A stretch of DNA of 64,000 nucleotides from Shigella phage ESh27, in sequence record ON528737. The stretch is one strand, 5' to 3'. Below the pieces are notes generated by a model. It was not told the origin of the DNA and ran no database searches. It saw only the letters and a program-made list of their open reading frames with translations. Shown in pieces: positions 8,358 to 18,059 of this stretch. The first letter of the stretch is position 1. The number at the start of each line of letters is the position of its first letter. A program made the translations under genes and the position numbers.

Positions 8358-9302
8358 ATGACGCGTTCACATTACATTGAATACTTTGCCGGTCTTATCG
8401 CTAACGTTCGTGCCCAGCGCGCCGTTGGTGCACTAGGATTTGATGTTCCACACCGAGATGTAGTAAGTGGTATTCTTCGCGATTTTGGTACATACACAGG
8501 CCAAGAAAACCATATCTGTAAAGATACTCAGAATGCGTATTCTCATTCATTAGGGACACTGCTTCAATGGTTCAAACGTTCTCGTTTATTATCTTCTACT
8601 GTAGCTCGCGATAACATTAAAAACTTTATGAAGCCGAGCTTTATTAAATCTGTGACATCTAAAACCGATTTGGTTGAATTCACTATTGTTAATGATGTTA
8701 AAAAGGCTCATTTGGCCGATTGGTTATCTACCATTCCTGAAACTAAATTTGCCGATAAATTTGCTTGTGAATTCAACAACCAAGTGAATATGCTTTTTAA
8801 ACATTCTCGTAAATTATTCACAGGCGGTGATGGTCGTACAAATAAAGTTCATGTTAAAGATTGGGTTACTGCAGTATTCAAACCAACCGGTAATGGTAAC
8901 GCATCATTATCAATTGATATCCAGGTTCCTTATTACTACTCACGTAATCTCGGTACCATGAAAGCCGAAGAAATTAATAAGCACAACAAAACCGTTCGTT
9001 CATTGTCTTATAAACTCCTTGTGATGTTACAGACTATGGATGTTGTTGAAATGTTTGACGAAACCGAAGATAACGGTTCAATGTTATTCAGTTCTCGAAT
9101 TCGAATTAAACTGAAGAACCCTAATGTGTTTAAGCCTATTAAAGAACCTAAAGCAGAAAAGGTCGATATCATGGCTGAAGAACGTGAGTACCTCAAATCT
9201 CGTCTGAAAGAAGTCGAAGCCCAGATTGCAGAACAAACTAAATCGTTAAAAGCTCTGAATGCGAAAGCTGACGGTTTACGAAATGCCATTGAGGTGTTAT
9301 AA
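8358..9302 (+). CDS. hypothetical protein with C-terminal coiled coil
   Basis: 314 aa. Confidence 0.6.
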   Translation: MTRSHYIEYFAGLIANVRAQRAVGALGFDVPHRDVVSGILRDFGTYTGQENHICKDTQNAYSHSLGTLLQWFKRSRLLSSTVARDNIKNFMKPSFIKSVTSKTDLVEFTIVNDVKKAHLADWLSTIPETKFADKFACEFNNQVNMLFKHSRKLFTGGDGRTNKVHVKDWVTAVFKPTGNGNASLSIDIQVPYYYSRNLGTMKAEEINKHNKTVRSLSYKLLVMLQTMDVVEMFDETEDNGSMLFSSRIRIKLKNPNVFKPIKEPKAEKVDIMAEEREYLKSRLKEVEAQIAEQTKSLKALNAKADGLRNAIEVL

Positions 9303-9607
9303 TGAACTTACGTCTTTTAGAGGATATTGATATGAACACTAATCACAGCTTAGTTAAGTTTATTGATGATAGTTCAAAGATTGAATTTGTTCAGCGAGAT
9401 AAAATCCACGGTGAAGAAGAGTTCGTTCCTCCAGCATGGAACGAAATAATGAAAATGGTTGAACGACGTGAAAATGCTGCCAAATCGGCAGCAAAACATC
9501 CATGTCCGGAATGTGGAACTATCCAAGTCCAATTGGTTAACTGGACCACTGATAACTTGAAATTGAAATGCCGTAAATGCTTCCACAAATTTGAGAGAAC
9601 ATTATAA
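9302..9607 (+). CDS. hypothetical zinc-ribbon protein
   Basis: 101 aa; CPEC...CRKC motif. Confidence 0.55.
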   Translation: MNLRLLEDIDMNTNHSLVKFIDDSSKIEFVQRDKIHGEEEFVPPAWNEIMKMVERRENAAKSAAKHPCPECGTIQVQLVNWTTDNLKLKCRKCFHKFERTL

Positions 9608-10020
9608 TGAGATATAGCCTTCGTTGTTTTATCGCAGCTTTAGTTTTTGCTGTTATTCCATTCATTTGGAACAGCCAGAATACTTACATGGAAACTAAAG
9701 TAATTCCTGTGGAGGTAGTGGAATTAATCTCAGGCCAATCTACAGGAAAATATTCTAAATTAGAATTTATTGCAGTCTATAAAGACGAGCAAGGACGAGT
9801 TTTTGACAGGCATGTATCACCGTCATTTTATACGCTTCTGAATAAAGGTGATACGATAGCTATAGAAATTCGTGAGATGGATATTCAACAAAATAGTAAA
9901 GATAACCTGATTTGGTTCTTTGGTACAGTGTTGTTGGTTTCTATCTGTATCACAGGTTTTATTACATGTATTGTATTGGGTGTTAATTGCTTAATTGACG
10001 AAAGGAAAAATAATGTTTAA
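9607..10020 (+). CDS. hypothetical membrane protein
   Basis: 137 aa; N- and C-terminal hydrophobic helices. Confidence 0.55.
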   Translation: MRYSLRCFIAALVFAVIPFIWNSQNTYMETKVIPVEVVELISGQSTGKYSKLEFIAVYKDEQGRVFDRHVSPSFYTLLNKGDTIAIEIREMDIQQNSKDNLIWFFGTVLLVSICITGFITCIVLGVNCLIDERKNNV

Positions 10021-10276
10021 AGTGTACGGGTATGACTCTACTATTCATAAATGCATTTATTGTGATAACGCGAAACGATTGCTGACTGTTAAGAAACAGC
10101 CGTTCGAATTCATTAACGTGATGCCAGAAAAAGGTGTGTTCGATGATGAGAAAATTGCTGAGCTTCTGGTTAAGCTTGGACGTGAATCACAAGTTGGATT
10201 GACTATGCCTCAGGTGTTTGCTCCTGATGGAACTTCGATCGGTGGCTTTGACCAACTACGAGAATATTTTAAATGA
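10013..10276 (+). CDS. nrdC: phage thioredoxin/glutaredoxin NrdC
   Basis: 87 aa; matches remembered T4 NrdC (MFKVYGYDS.IHKC.YCDNAKRLL). Confidence 0.8.
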   Translation: MFKVYGYDSTIHKCIYCDNAKRLLTVKKQPFEFINVMPEKGVFDDEKIAELLVKLGRESQVGLTMPQVFAPDGTSIGGFDQLREYFK

Positions 10277-10629
10277 CATATTCATTAAATCTTAAAGATT
10301 TCCAAGATGTATACGAAGTTTGTGCCAATGAACTTGGTCCTGATGCTCCAACTATTATTGAAGTTTTAAATGTGCTCCCTTCATCATTAGCTTACGAAGC
10401 CAAATCATGGGGTTGGAACGACACTGTCGTTCGTGATGACCTTTACGTCCTGATGAACGATATGATGGTTAAAAAGGCAGAACCGGTTGCACCAATGGTT
10501 ACCATTACCGTTGAAGAATATAATCGCCTGCAAGCCATTGAAGAGCTTCTGTGGAACATTGAATGTGACCTTCCGTCAGGGCTAGAATCCTGGATTGATT
10601 ATGAAGAGCTCAATAAACTCCGGGGTTAA
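10273..10629 (+). CDS. hypothetical protein
   Basis: 118 aa acidic protein. Confidence 0.55.
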   Translation: MTYSLNLKDFQDVYEVCANELGPDAPTIIEVLNVLPSSLAYEAKSWGWNDTVVRDDLYVLMNDMMVKKAEPVAPMVTITVEEYNRLQAIEELLWNIECDLPSGLESWIDYEELNKLRG

Positions 10630-10757
10630 ACCATGGTATTCGGCTCGATGGGAGACTGTCGAGCCAGACGTCGAAACGGTTTACAACGGCGAAGAACCAT
10701 GTTATGATGAACCTTCAATAAATGAATTAATTGATATGGAAATGGGAAGAGATTATT

Positions 10758-10928
10758 ATGCAAGTTAAATTATTGTACCGTTTATTAAAAAACGGCAAAC
10801 ATGATTGGTATTTGCTTATTAAAACCGATCCGAATTTTTTCTCTGGACAACCATTTACAGTTCGTCCTACTAAACGTCAGCTTCGCAAAGCTAAACGTTC
10901 TCATCGTAACTTTTATAAAGTTTACTAA
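10758..10928 (+). CDS. hypothetical small basic protein
   Basis: 56 aa; C-terminal VRPTKRQLRKAKR tail shared with ORF 38732..38944. Confidence 0.4.
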   Translation: MQVKLLYRLLKNGKHDWYLLIKTDPNFFSGQPFTVRPTKRQLRKAKRSHRNFYKVY

Positions 10929-10930
10929 AT

Positions 10931-10938
10931 TATAAATA
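10931..10938 (+). promoter_or_regulatory. T4-type late promoter (TATAAATA)
   Basis: exact TATAAATA about 30 nt upstream of gene 49. Confidence 0.5.
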
Positions 10939-10967
10939 CCCTTATCTATTTAAGGTAAGGGTTTATC

Positions 10968-11441
10968 ATGTTATTATCAGGCGCAAAATATAAAGAAGAA
11001 AAACAAAAATTTTATGATGCACAGAACGGTAAGTGTCCTATTTGCCGCCGTGAATTAGACTCTGATGTTCAAGGTAACCATCTTGACCACGACCATGAAT
11101 TAAACGGGCCAAAAGCCGGTAGAGTTCGTGGATTACTCTGTAATCTGTGCAACGCAGCAGAAGGTCAAATGAAGCATAAGTTCAACCGTTCCGGTTTGAA
11201 AGGTCAAAACGTTGATTACTTAGAATGGCTTGAAGCTCTTCTTGCTTATTTGAAACAAGATTATTCTGATAATAATATCCATCCTAATTTTGTTCCGGAT
11301 AAAACTAAAGAGTTCTCAAGACTAGGTAAAGAGGAAATGATGACCGAGATGCTTCAAAGAGGATTTGAATATAATGAATCTGATACTAAAACACAATTAA
11401 TAGCTTCATTCAAAAAGCAGCTTAGAAAGAGTTTAAAATGA
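10968..11441 (+). CDS. 49: endonuclease VII (Holliday junction resolvase)
   Basis: 157 aa; matches remembered T4 gp49 (HLDHDHELNGPKAG.VRGLLCNLCNAAEG). Confidence 0.85.
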   Translation: MLLSGAKYKEEKQKFYDAQNGKCPICRRELDSDVQGNHLDHDHELNGPKAGRVRGLLCNLCNAAEGQMKHKFNRSGLKGQNVDYLEWLEALLAYLKQDYSDNNIHPNFVPDKTKEFSRLGKEEMMTEMLQRGFEYNESDTKTQLIASFKKQLRKSLK

Positions 11442-13255
11442 AAATTGAAAAAGAAATTGAAGGATTAATTTATAAAACTAATAAAGACCTTTTAAACGAG
11501 AATGCTAATAAAGATTCTCGTGTTTTTCCAACTCAACGGGACCTTATGGCTGGTATTGTGTCTAAGCACATTGCCAAAAATATGGTCCCGTCTTTTATTA
11601 TGAATGCGCATGAAAGTGGAATTATCCACATGCATGATATTGATTATTCTCCTGCTCTTCCATTTACTAATTGCTGTTTAGTCGATTTAAAGGGGATGCT
11701 TGAGAATGGTTTTAAATTAGGCAATGCTCAAATCGAAACGCCTAAATCAATTGGTGTTGCTACTGCAATTATGGCACAAATTACTGCACAAGTTGCTTCC
11801 CATCAATACGGCGGAACGACTTTTGCTAATGTAGATAAAGTACTTTCTCCTTATGTTAAACGCACCTATGCAAAACATATTGAGGACGCAGAAAAATGGC
11901 AAATCGCTGATGCGTTGAATTATGCTCAATCTAAAACAGAAAAAGACGTATACGATGCATTCCAAGCTTATGAATATGAAGTAAATACTCTCTTTAGTTC
12001 AAATGGACAAACGCCTTTTGTAACAATTACATTTGGTATGGGAACCGATTGGACTGAACGAATGATTCAGAAAGCAATTCTGAAAAATCGGATTAAAGGT
12101 CTTGGACGTGATGGGATAACTCCTATTTTCCCTAAACTTGTTATGTTCATTGAAGAAGGTGTTAATCTTTATAAAGATGATCCAAATTATGATATTAAAC
12201 AACTTGCGTTAGAATGTGCAAGCAAAAGAATGTATCCTGACATCATTTCGGTTAAGAATAATAAAGCTATTACTGGTTCTTCAGTTCCAGTTTCTCCAAT
12301 GGGTTGCCGTAGTTTCTTGAGTGTGTGGAAAGATTCGACCGGTAATGAAATTCTTGATGGACGTAATAATCTAGGTGTTGTAACGCTGAATCTTCCTCGC
12401 ATCGCGTTAGATTCTTATATTGGAACACAGTTCAATGAACAGAAATTTGTTGAGCTATTTAATGAACGAATGGATCTGTGCTTTGAAGCCTTGATGTGCA
12501 GAATTAGTTCTTTAAAGGGTGTTAAAGCAACTGTAGCTCCTATTCTTTACCAAGAAGGTGCATTCGGTGTTCGTCTTAAACCTGATGATGATATAATTGA
12601 GTTATTTAAAAACGGTAGAAGTTCAGTGTCTTTAGGATACATTGGTATTCATGAATTGAATATTCTTGTTAGTCGTGATATTGGACAAGAAATTTTAACT
12701 AAAATGAATGCTCATCTTAAACAGTGGACTGAAAGAACTGGATTTGCTTTTAGTTTATATTCGACTCCTGCTGAAAACCTTTGTTATCGCTTCTGTAAAC
12801 TTGATACAGAAAAATACGGAAGTGTAAAAGATGTTACCGATAAAGGCTGGTACACTAATAGTTTCCACGTTTCAGTAGAAGAAAATATTACTCCGTTTGA
12901 AAAGATTTCTCGTGAAGCGCCATATCATTTCATTGCGACAGGTGGTCACATTTCTTATGTTGAACTTCCTGATATGAAAAATAACCTAAAAGGTCTTGAG
13001 GCTGTCTGGGATTATGCTGCACAACATTTAGATTATTTTGGTGTTAATATGCCAGTGGATAAATGTTTTACATGCGGAAGTACTCATGAAATGACTCCTA
13101 CTGAAAACGGATTTGTTTGTTCAGTTTGCGGAGAAACTGATCCTAAAAAGATGAACACTATAAGAAGGACGTGCGGTTATTTGGGAAATCCGAACGAACG
13201 CGGATTTAATCTCGGTAAAAATAAAGAAATCATGCATAGGGTTAAACACCAATGA
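11438..13255 (+). CDS. nrdD: anaerobic ribonucleoside-triphosphate reductase
   Basis: 605 aa; C-terminal glycyl-radical motif RTCGYLG and Zn-ribbon; uninterrupted (no intron). Confidence 0.9.
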   Translation: MKIEKEIEGLIYKTNKDLLNENANKDSRVFPTQRDLMAGIVSKHIAKNMVPSFIMNAHESGIIHMHDIDYSPALPFTNCCLVDLKGMLENGFKLGNAQIETPKSIGVATAIMAQITAQVASHQYGGTTFANVDKVLSPYVKRTYAKHIEDAEKWQIADALNYAQSKTEKDVYDAFQAYEYEVNTLFSSNGQTPFVTITFGMGTDWTERMIQKAILKNRIKGLGRDGITPIFPKLVMFIEEGVNLYKDDPNYDIKQLALECASKRMYPDIISVKNNKAITGSSVPVSPMGCRSFLSVWKDSTGNEILDGRNNLGVVTLNLPRIALDSYIGTQFNEQKFVELFNERMDLCFEALMCRISSLKGVKATVAPILYQEGAFGVRLKPDDDIIELFKNGRSSVSLGYIGIHELNILVSRDIGQEILTKMNAHLKQWTERTGFAFSLYSTPAENLCYRFCKLDTEKYGSVKDVTDKGWYTNSFHVSVEENITPFEKISREAPYHFIATGGHISYVELPDMKNNLKGLEAVWDYAAQHLDYFGVNMPVDKCFTCGSTHEMTPTENGFVCSVCGETDPKKMNTIRRTCGYLGNPNERGFNLGKNKEIMHRVKHQ

Positions 13256-13722
13256 ATTATGATAGATTTTATCCTTGCGATTTTGTGAATGGCCCTGGTT
13301 GCAGGGTCGTTCTTTTCGTTACAGGTTGTTTGCATAAATGCGAAGGGTGTTATAATAAATCAACATGGAATGCTAGAAATGGTATTCCATTCACCGGTGA
13401 AACACTAGAACAATTAATTGAATGTTTGAATAATGATTATATAGAAGGATTAACTATAACCGGAGGTGACCCTCTCTATCCTGACAACCGAGATGTTATT
13501 CATTCTGTGGTTCAAACTATTAAAAATATTTATCCAAATAAAAGCATTTGGTTGTGGACAGGATATAAGTTTGAAGATATTAAACAACTAGAAATGCTTA
13601 AATATGTTGATGTTATTATTGATGGGAAGTATGAGAAAAATCTTCCGACCAAAAAGCTGTGGCGAGGATCAGATAATCAGCGACTTTGGTCAAATACCAA
13701 TGGGGTGTGGAAACATGATTAA
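13252..13722 (+). CDS. nrdG: anaerobic RNR activating enzyme (radical SAM)
   Basis: 156 aa; Cys cluster CDFVNGPGCR...GCLHKCEGC. Confidence 0.85.
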   Translation: MNYDRFYPCDFVNGPGCRVVLFVTGCLHKCEGCYNKSTWNARNGIPFTGETLEQLIECLNNDYIEGLTITGGDPLYPDNRDVIHSVVQTIKNIYPNKSIWLWTGYKFEDIKQLEMLKYVDVIIDGKYEKNLPTKKLWRGSDNQRLWSNTNGVWKHD

Positions 13723-13836
13723 ATTGAACTACATTATGGATACTATAAATGATATGATTTTTCATTTTGGTCCGGAATTTTATTCGCAATATAGTTTAGT
13801 GCTTATCAATGCTTGGTTAATTAATTAAGGGTAAAT

Positions 13837-14052
13837 ATGTATAAATTTCGTAAAGGTTTAGCTGATTTTCTTACAACTGTAACGTTCTTTTTGTTTATGG
13901 CAGTTGGAGCTATTTTTCTTATTCCTTTTACTGGTATATTTTTCGTGATTAGTTTAATTTCTCCGGAAAAGGGTTTATCCTCCAGCGAATTCAATGAACG
14001 TTTGGACAAAATTACTAATAAACTGAATTCTGTTCTTGATAAAAAGGCTTAA
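13837..14052 (+). CDS. hypothetical small membrane protein
   Basis: 71 aa, one or two TM helices. Confidence 0.45.
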   Translation: MYKFRKGLADFLTTVTFFLFMAVGAIFLIPFTGIFFVISLISPEKGLSSSEFNERLDKITNKLNSVLDKKA

Positions 14053-14054
14053 TT

Positions 14055-14372
14055 ATGATTAGTTTTGAGCAGTACGTGGTAGAGAGTTGGAATGGGTTTG
14101 ATATGTTCGGTAATGACTATTATTTTTACGAATGTGGTCTAAATCCTAGTTTTTGGGCTGGACGTGAACGAGATCTCGAAGAAATTAACGCTCGTGCCGA
14201 ATTGTTAGGTGAACTGCCTACGGTTTATTTTACCTTTGATGCATCTGGATTTGTTATCCAGGTTTATTTTCCTGAAGAAAACTCTGGCGAGGATTCTGTT
14301 AATCCTCCTTATTGGGCTTACCAAGGAATTATTTCTCGTGGAACAAAACTCGAACTTAAAGAACAAGATTGA
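14055..14372 (+). CDS. hypothetical protein
   Basis: 105 aa. Confidence 0.5.
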   Translation: MISFEQYVVESWNGFDMFGNDYYFYECGLNPSFWAGRERDLEEINARAELLGELPTVYFTFDASGFVIQVYFPEENSGEDSVNPPYWAYQGIISRGTKLELKEQD

Positions 14373-14661
14373 AATTTATGGCATCCCTGAAGAAGTTGGA
14401 CGTTGTCCAGGATGTTATACTGTTACAAAACTTTTAAAGGAGCTCAATGCTCCTTATACATTTTATAAAGTCCTCACTAATAATGGTAAGATTGAATATG
14501 ACCGACCTTTAATCGTATCTCTTGCTAAACGTGCAGGATTCACTTCACTTAATATTCGTTATCCTGTCATATTTTTAAATGATAAGAAACAAAAGAATAT
14601 TGCAGAGTTTAAAAAGTCCTTGATTTCATTAGGATACGACTCTGATATCATAGAAGATTGA
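14338..14661 (+). CDS. glutaredoxin-like redoxin (NrdH-like), start uncertain
   Basis: CPGC redox motif (IEIYGIPEEVGRCPGCY); no in-frame ATG nearby, GTG at 14338 with AAGGA upstream proposed. Confidence 0.5.
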   Translation: MEQNSNLKNKIEIYGIPEEVGRCPGCYTVTKLLKELNAPYTFYKVLTNNGKIEYDRPLIVSLAKRAGFTSLNIRYPVIFLNDKKQKNIAEFKKSLISLGYDSDIIED

Positions 14662-14685
14662 CCAGGTGCCGCCTGGTCTTCTTTA
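14660..14685 (+). terminator. rho-independent terminator
   Basis: gaccagg-tgccg-cctggtc followed by T-rich tract. Confidence 0.5.
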
Positions 14686-14769
14686 TCCTATTTCTAATAT
14701 AATCCATTAGAATCTTCACTTCACTATCTCCTTGTGCCCCTCTCAAATCGAAAATATTTTCATAAAACA

Positions 14770-14798
14770 GTTTACATCCTCGATAGATATGTTAAGAT
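14770..14798 (+). promoter_or_regulatory. early-type promoter
   Basis: GTTTAC-N17-TAAGAT. Confidence 0.4.
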
Positions 14799-14827
14799 TA
14801 ACACCATCTACCACAGAGGAAAACAAA

Positions 14828-15010
14828 ATGACAATTGAAGATAAAGAAATTAAGGTTGACCAGTACTATTCTGTCAATGGTAATGCAGTACGGATAACCA
14901 GAATTTCAAGCCTGGATGTTTGGTATCGTTCAATCAAATATCCAGAAATTGGTGAACTGCTTTGTGACCGTGGTATCTTCTGTTCAATCGCGAAGGAAAT
15001 TAAACTATGA
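14828..15010 (+). CDS. hypothetical protein
   Basis: 60 aa; ATG after AGAGGAAAA SD. Confidence 0.45.
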   Translation: MTIEDKEIKVDQYYSVNGNAVRITRISSLDVWYRSIKYPEIGELLCDRGIFCSIAKEIKL

Positions 15011-15255
15011 TTAGTTTAGATTCAAAGAAAGTTGTTCTAACCCTTAAAGTTAATGATGAGCGACCGGTATTCGTTACCATTTCAGATTTGCATGTTGAAA
15101 TTGCTAACGGCGTCCGTACTTATCAAACGTCTAAAACACATTGGGACTATATCCCAATGTTGACGCTTACTCAGCGTTTAGAATCAATCGGTCTTAAAGA
15201 CCTTTCAGTAAGTGAAGTGAATTTTATCAAACGCATTGTATCAATCAACCTCTGA
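15007..15255 (+). CDS. hypothetical protein
   Basis: 82 aa; ATGA overlap with upstream ORF. Confidence 0.5.
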   Translation: MISLDSKKVVLTLKVNDERPVFVTISDLHVEIANGVRTYQTSKTHWDYIPMLTLTQRLESIGLKDLSVSEVNFIKRIVSINL

Positions 15256-15262
15256 GGTACTT

Positions 15263-15556
15263 ATGGGTAAAACATATCGTCGTAAAGATTTGAAAGTTCG
15301 CGATTACGACTATTTTGGTAAGCGTAAAGCTCCTGATGGTGTTAGCCACAAAGACATGGTTGAAAACATCTTCCGCTCAGATAAATGGAAACGTATGAAA
15401 GGCGTTGATTCTGAAGTCAAGAACGAAATGAATCGACAACTCCGCAAAGAAGTTCGTAAGTTGAAAAAGGATGTTTACAGTAAAGAAGAGTATGATTATA
15501 ATACTTCTCATACTGAAGCCAAACGTAAAGCTAACGAATGTTATCGTTACAGTTGA
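15263..15556 (+). CDS. hypothetical basic protein
   Basis: 97 aa; GAGGT SD. Confidence 0.5.
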   Translation: MGKTYRRKDLKVRDYDYFGKRKAPDGVSHKDMVENIFRSDKWKRMKGVDSEVKNEMNRQLRKEVRKLKKDVYSKEEYDYNTSHTEAKRKANECYRYS

Positions 15557-15563
15557 GGAAATT

Positions 15564-15695
15564 ATGAATATCAAACGCTGGCTTTTTAAGCAAGGGTTCT
15601 ACACTTTAAATGCTACTCCAAAAGGCGATACAACTAAGTGGTCAGTAACTGACTGGATTAAATTTATTGATGAAAATGGCAATTGGGAAATTTAA
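15564..15695 (+). CDS. hypothetical small protein
   Basis: 43 aa; GAGGAAA SD. Confidence 0.35.
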   Translation: MNIKRWLFKQGFYTLNATPKGDTTKWSVTDWIKFIDENGNWEI

Positions 15696-15896
15696 ATGAA
15701 TCCTGAATCTATGTTATCTCAAAAACTTCGTGAAGAACGTGCCGAATTCTTTGCCAATATGAAACTCAACGGTGTTGAGGATGAAGACTTTTTACGCTGG
15801 TTCTGGATTTACAAATACAAAGAATGCCAACATGCTGTACTATTGACTTGTGCAGTTATGTACGAAGGCTGGAAAGGCGCTAAAAAGTTCGGTTAA
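15696..15896 (+). CDS. hypothetical protein
   Basis: 66 aa. Confidence 0.45.
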   Translation: MNPESMLSQKLREERAEFFANMKLNGVEDEDFLRWFWIYKYKECQHAVLLTCAVMYEGWKGAKKFG

Positions 15897-15899
15897 TAA

Positions 15900-15938
15900 T
15901 GTACAACGATAGGAAGACATGTTATTATCTTCCTATCG
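15900..15938 (+). promoter_or_regulatory. early-type promoter within stem-loop (PeSL-like)
   Basis: TGTACA-N17-TATTAT; 10-bp inverted repeat gataggaaga/tcttcctatc around the -10. Confidence 0.5.
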
Positions 15939-15959
15939 TCTTAAAATGAGGAAAATATC

Positions 15960-16199
15960 GTGGCCCAAGAATTAGATTTTATCAAATTCAAAAAACACCT
16001 CGACGTTAAAATTGGGGATTCAATTGTTAGGATTGAGTATGACATTTTAACAGATGCTATTACTGTTAGATGTGATGGAAATAGTTTCAGCTTCGATACA
16101 ACCGAAAACAAATACCCAATCTATAAAGGCATCTTTGATATGGGTGTTGATATTACTCCACGTGATACAAATTACTTACTTTTCATGCTTAAAAAATAG
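15960..16199 (+). CDS. hypothetical protein
   Basis: 79 aa; GTG start after AGGAAAA. Confidence 0.45.
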   Translation: MAQELDFIKFKKHLDVKIGDSIVRIEYDILTDAITVRCDGNSFSFDTTENKYPIYKGIFDMGVDITPRDTNYLLFMLKK

Positions 16200-16234
16200 T
16201 GTACAGACTCTTGAGAGCAGAGTATAATGCTCTC
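16200..16234 (+). promoter_or_regulatory. early-type promoter within stem-loop (PeSL-like)
   Basis: TGTACA-N17-TATAAT; gagagc/gctctc inverted repeat; near-identical copy at 60883..60917. Confidence 0.5.
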
Positions 16235-16265
16235 GTTGGATAATAAAATAACCGAGGAAAATAAT

Positions 16266-16598
16266 ATGTCTACTAAAATCAAAAACGTAGTTAATTCTTT
16301 CGCTTTCGATAAAGTTGTTGCTCTTCTGGAATCCGGCAATATTGTTACTCCTCAAGTTCTTGACGCGTGGGAATTCCGTCTTTATGAAATCATGCAAAAA
16401 CACGACCAGAAAATTGGACGTAATTCTATTCGTGAAATTCTAGTACAATATATTCTTTCTGAATTTGACGTTGCTGCATTTGGTGTTGAATCTAAAGCTT
16501 ATCAGAAACATGAAATCTCTGAAAAGACTATCCGTCGTATGAAAAATCAACGTAAGAAAAAATTCGTTGACCTGAAAATTGTTAAGGCGGTAAAATGA
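16266..16598 (+). CDS. hypothetical protein
   Basis: 110 aa; GAGGAAAA SD. Confidence 0.5.
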   Translation: MSTKIKNVVNSFAFDKVVALLESGNIVTPQVLDAWEFRLYEIMQKHDQKIGRNSIREILVQYILSEFDVAAFGVESKAYQKHEISEKTIRRMKNQRKKKFVDLKIVKAVK

Positions 16599-16822
16599 GC
16601 GTATTAACAGAAACTTTGATTAATGACCTGCGTCTAGCTGGTTACGAAGTTGGTACAAATAGTCTAGGTCTTCCTCAGATTGAAGGGCCTGGATTTATTC
16701 TAGAATACGAATTCAAACAATGGTGGTTATATGCTACGGTTGACGATGCGTTGAATATTGATTTCGTTGACCAATTTGATTCGTTGGATGCTGCCTTATT
16801 TGCAGCGAAGGAATTAGAATGA
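16595..16822 (+). CDS. hypothetical protein
   Basis: 75 aa; ATGA overlap. Confidence 0.5.
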   Translation: MSVLTETLINDLRLAGYEVGTNSLGLPQIEGPGFILEYEFKQWWLYATVDDALNIDFVDQFDSLDAALFAAKELE

Positions 16823-16977
16823 AACTATCTCGAATTGCTATAACCGAAGAAAAGTTTGGTGAATTTTAAGTCGTCAACTTTATGAAAGTTACGTATCTTT
16901 GATAGTATCTCGTGCTTTAAGATAGGTCTCTAAATATTATGATATAATAGACCTATGAATTGAGCCAAGAGGTACTT

Positions 16978-17535
16978 ATGACTGAACAAAAACCTAAAAA
17001 TAACTATGTGAATAATAAAGAGCTTCTCGCTGCTATAATCGAGTGGAAAAAGGAGCTCTTAAATAATAAAGACCCAAACAAAATTATTCGTCAGAATGAT
17101 ACCATAGGTTTAGCAATTATGCTTATCGCCGAAGGCCTGTCCAAACGTTTCAACTTTTCAGGATATACCCAGTCTTGGAAGCAGGAGATGATTGCAGATG
17201 GGATTGAAGCCTCTATTAAGGGACTTCATAATTTCGACGAAACTAAGTACAATAACCCACATGCATACATAACTCGAGCTTGTTTTAATGCTTTTGTCCA
17301 ACGTATCAAAAAAGAACGTAAGGAAGTTGCAAAGAAATATAGTTACTTCGTTCATAATGTCTACGACAGTCATGACGATGATATGGTAGCGTTGGTAGAT
17401 GAAACGTTTATTCAAGACATCTACGATAAAATGACGCATTATGAAGAATCCGCTTATAAAGCTCCTGGGGCTGAAAAGAAGGAAGTTGTTAGCGATTCGC
17501 CTAGTTTGGATTTTTTATATGAGGATGACAATTGA
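16978..17535 (+). CDS. 55: late-transcription sigma factor gp55
   Basis: 185 aa; matches remembered T4 gp55 (YVNNKELL...[24 protein letters not shown]). Confidence 0.85.
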   Translation: MTEQKPKNNYVNNKELLAAIIEWKKELLNNKDPNKIIRQNDTIGLAIMLIAEGLSKRFNFSGYTQSWKQEMIADGIEASIKGLHNFDETKYNNPHAYITRACFNAFVQRIKKERKEVAKKYSYFVHNVYDSHDDDMVALVDETFIQDIYDKMTHYEESAYKAPGAEKKEVVSDSPSLDFLYEDDN

Positions 17536-17734
17536 CATCTCTAACTACTTAGAAGAACCTTTTGACGAAGCAATCCCTTATTTGGTAAAACTGTTGGGTC
17601 GTGAATTTAAAATTAATTTTGACATCGACCCTTTGAACCCACATGACGTGTCATTTTCGATAAATGGGACTCCAGTTGAGTACGAGTTCTGTATTGAAGA
17701 GGATGGACGTTTTTATTTTAATTTAATGAGATAA
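17519..17734 (+). CDS. hypothetical protein
   Basis: 71 aa; start uncertain (17519 or 17525). Confidence 0.4.
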   Translation: MRMTIDISNYLEEPFDEAIPYLVKLLGREFKINFDIDPLNPHDVSFSINGTPVEYEFCIEEDGRFYFNLMR

Positions 17735-17735
17735 T

Positions 17736-18059
17736 ATGACTACCGAGATTATTGAAAATAAAGAAGCAGAAGATGCAGTAGCTAAAATGCTACAAGAAAT
17801 ACAAAAGAAAAATGAAGCTGAAGCACGTAAAAAATCCGAAAAGATTCTTAAAAAGAATCGTTTCGAACTAAATCGACTTTATGCTCATGCTCAAGAAGCA
17901 GCAATTCAAAACAACTTCGAAGCTTACGAATATGCTATTAAGAAATCTCGGGATATTCTACGACAACCATATAATGACAAGTTAATTAAAATCCAGTGGG
18001 TTACTACTCGTCAGGCTATTGAGGACATTATTAATGGCGCTAGTTCAAACAAAGTTTAA
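17736..18059 (+). CDS. hypothetical protein (coiled-coil)
   Basis: 107 aa. Confidence 0.5.
   Translation: MTTEIIENKEAEDAVAKMLQEIQKKNEAEARKKSEKILKKNRFELNRLYAHAQEAAIQNNFEAYEYAIKKSRDILRQPYNDKLIKIQWVTTRQAIEDIINGASSNKV

Noticed and set aside
10630-10757. Hairpin ggctcga...tcgagcc and possible frame-shifted acidic extension after ORF 10273..10629
   Set aside because: No start codon for the alternative frame and no recognisable slippery site; the hairpin alone is insufficient to call a regulatory element.
13604-13828. 74-aa ORF overlapping the 3' end of nrdG
   Set aside because: Mostly out-of-frame overlap with nrdG; only a 37-aa tail lies beyond the nrdG stop and it has no clear SD.
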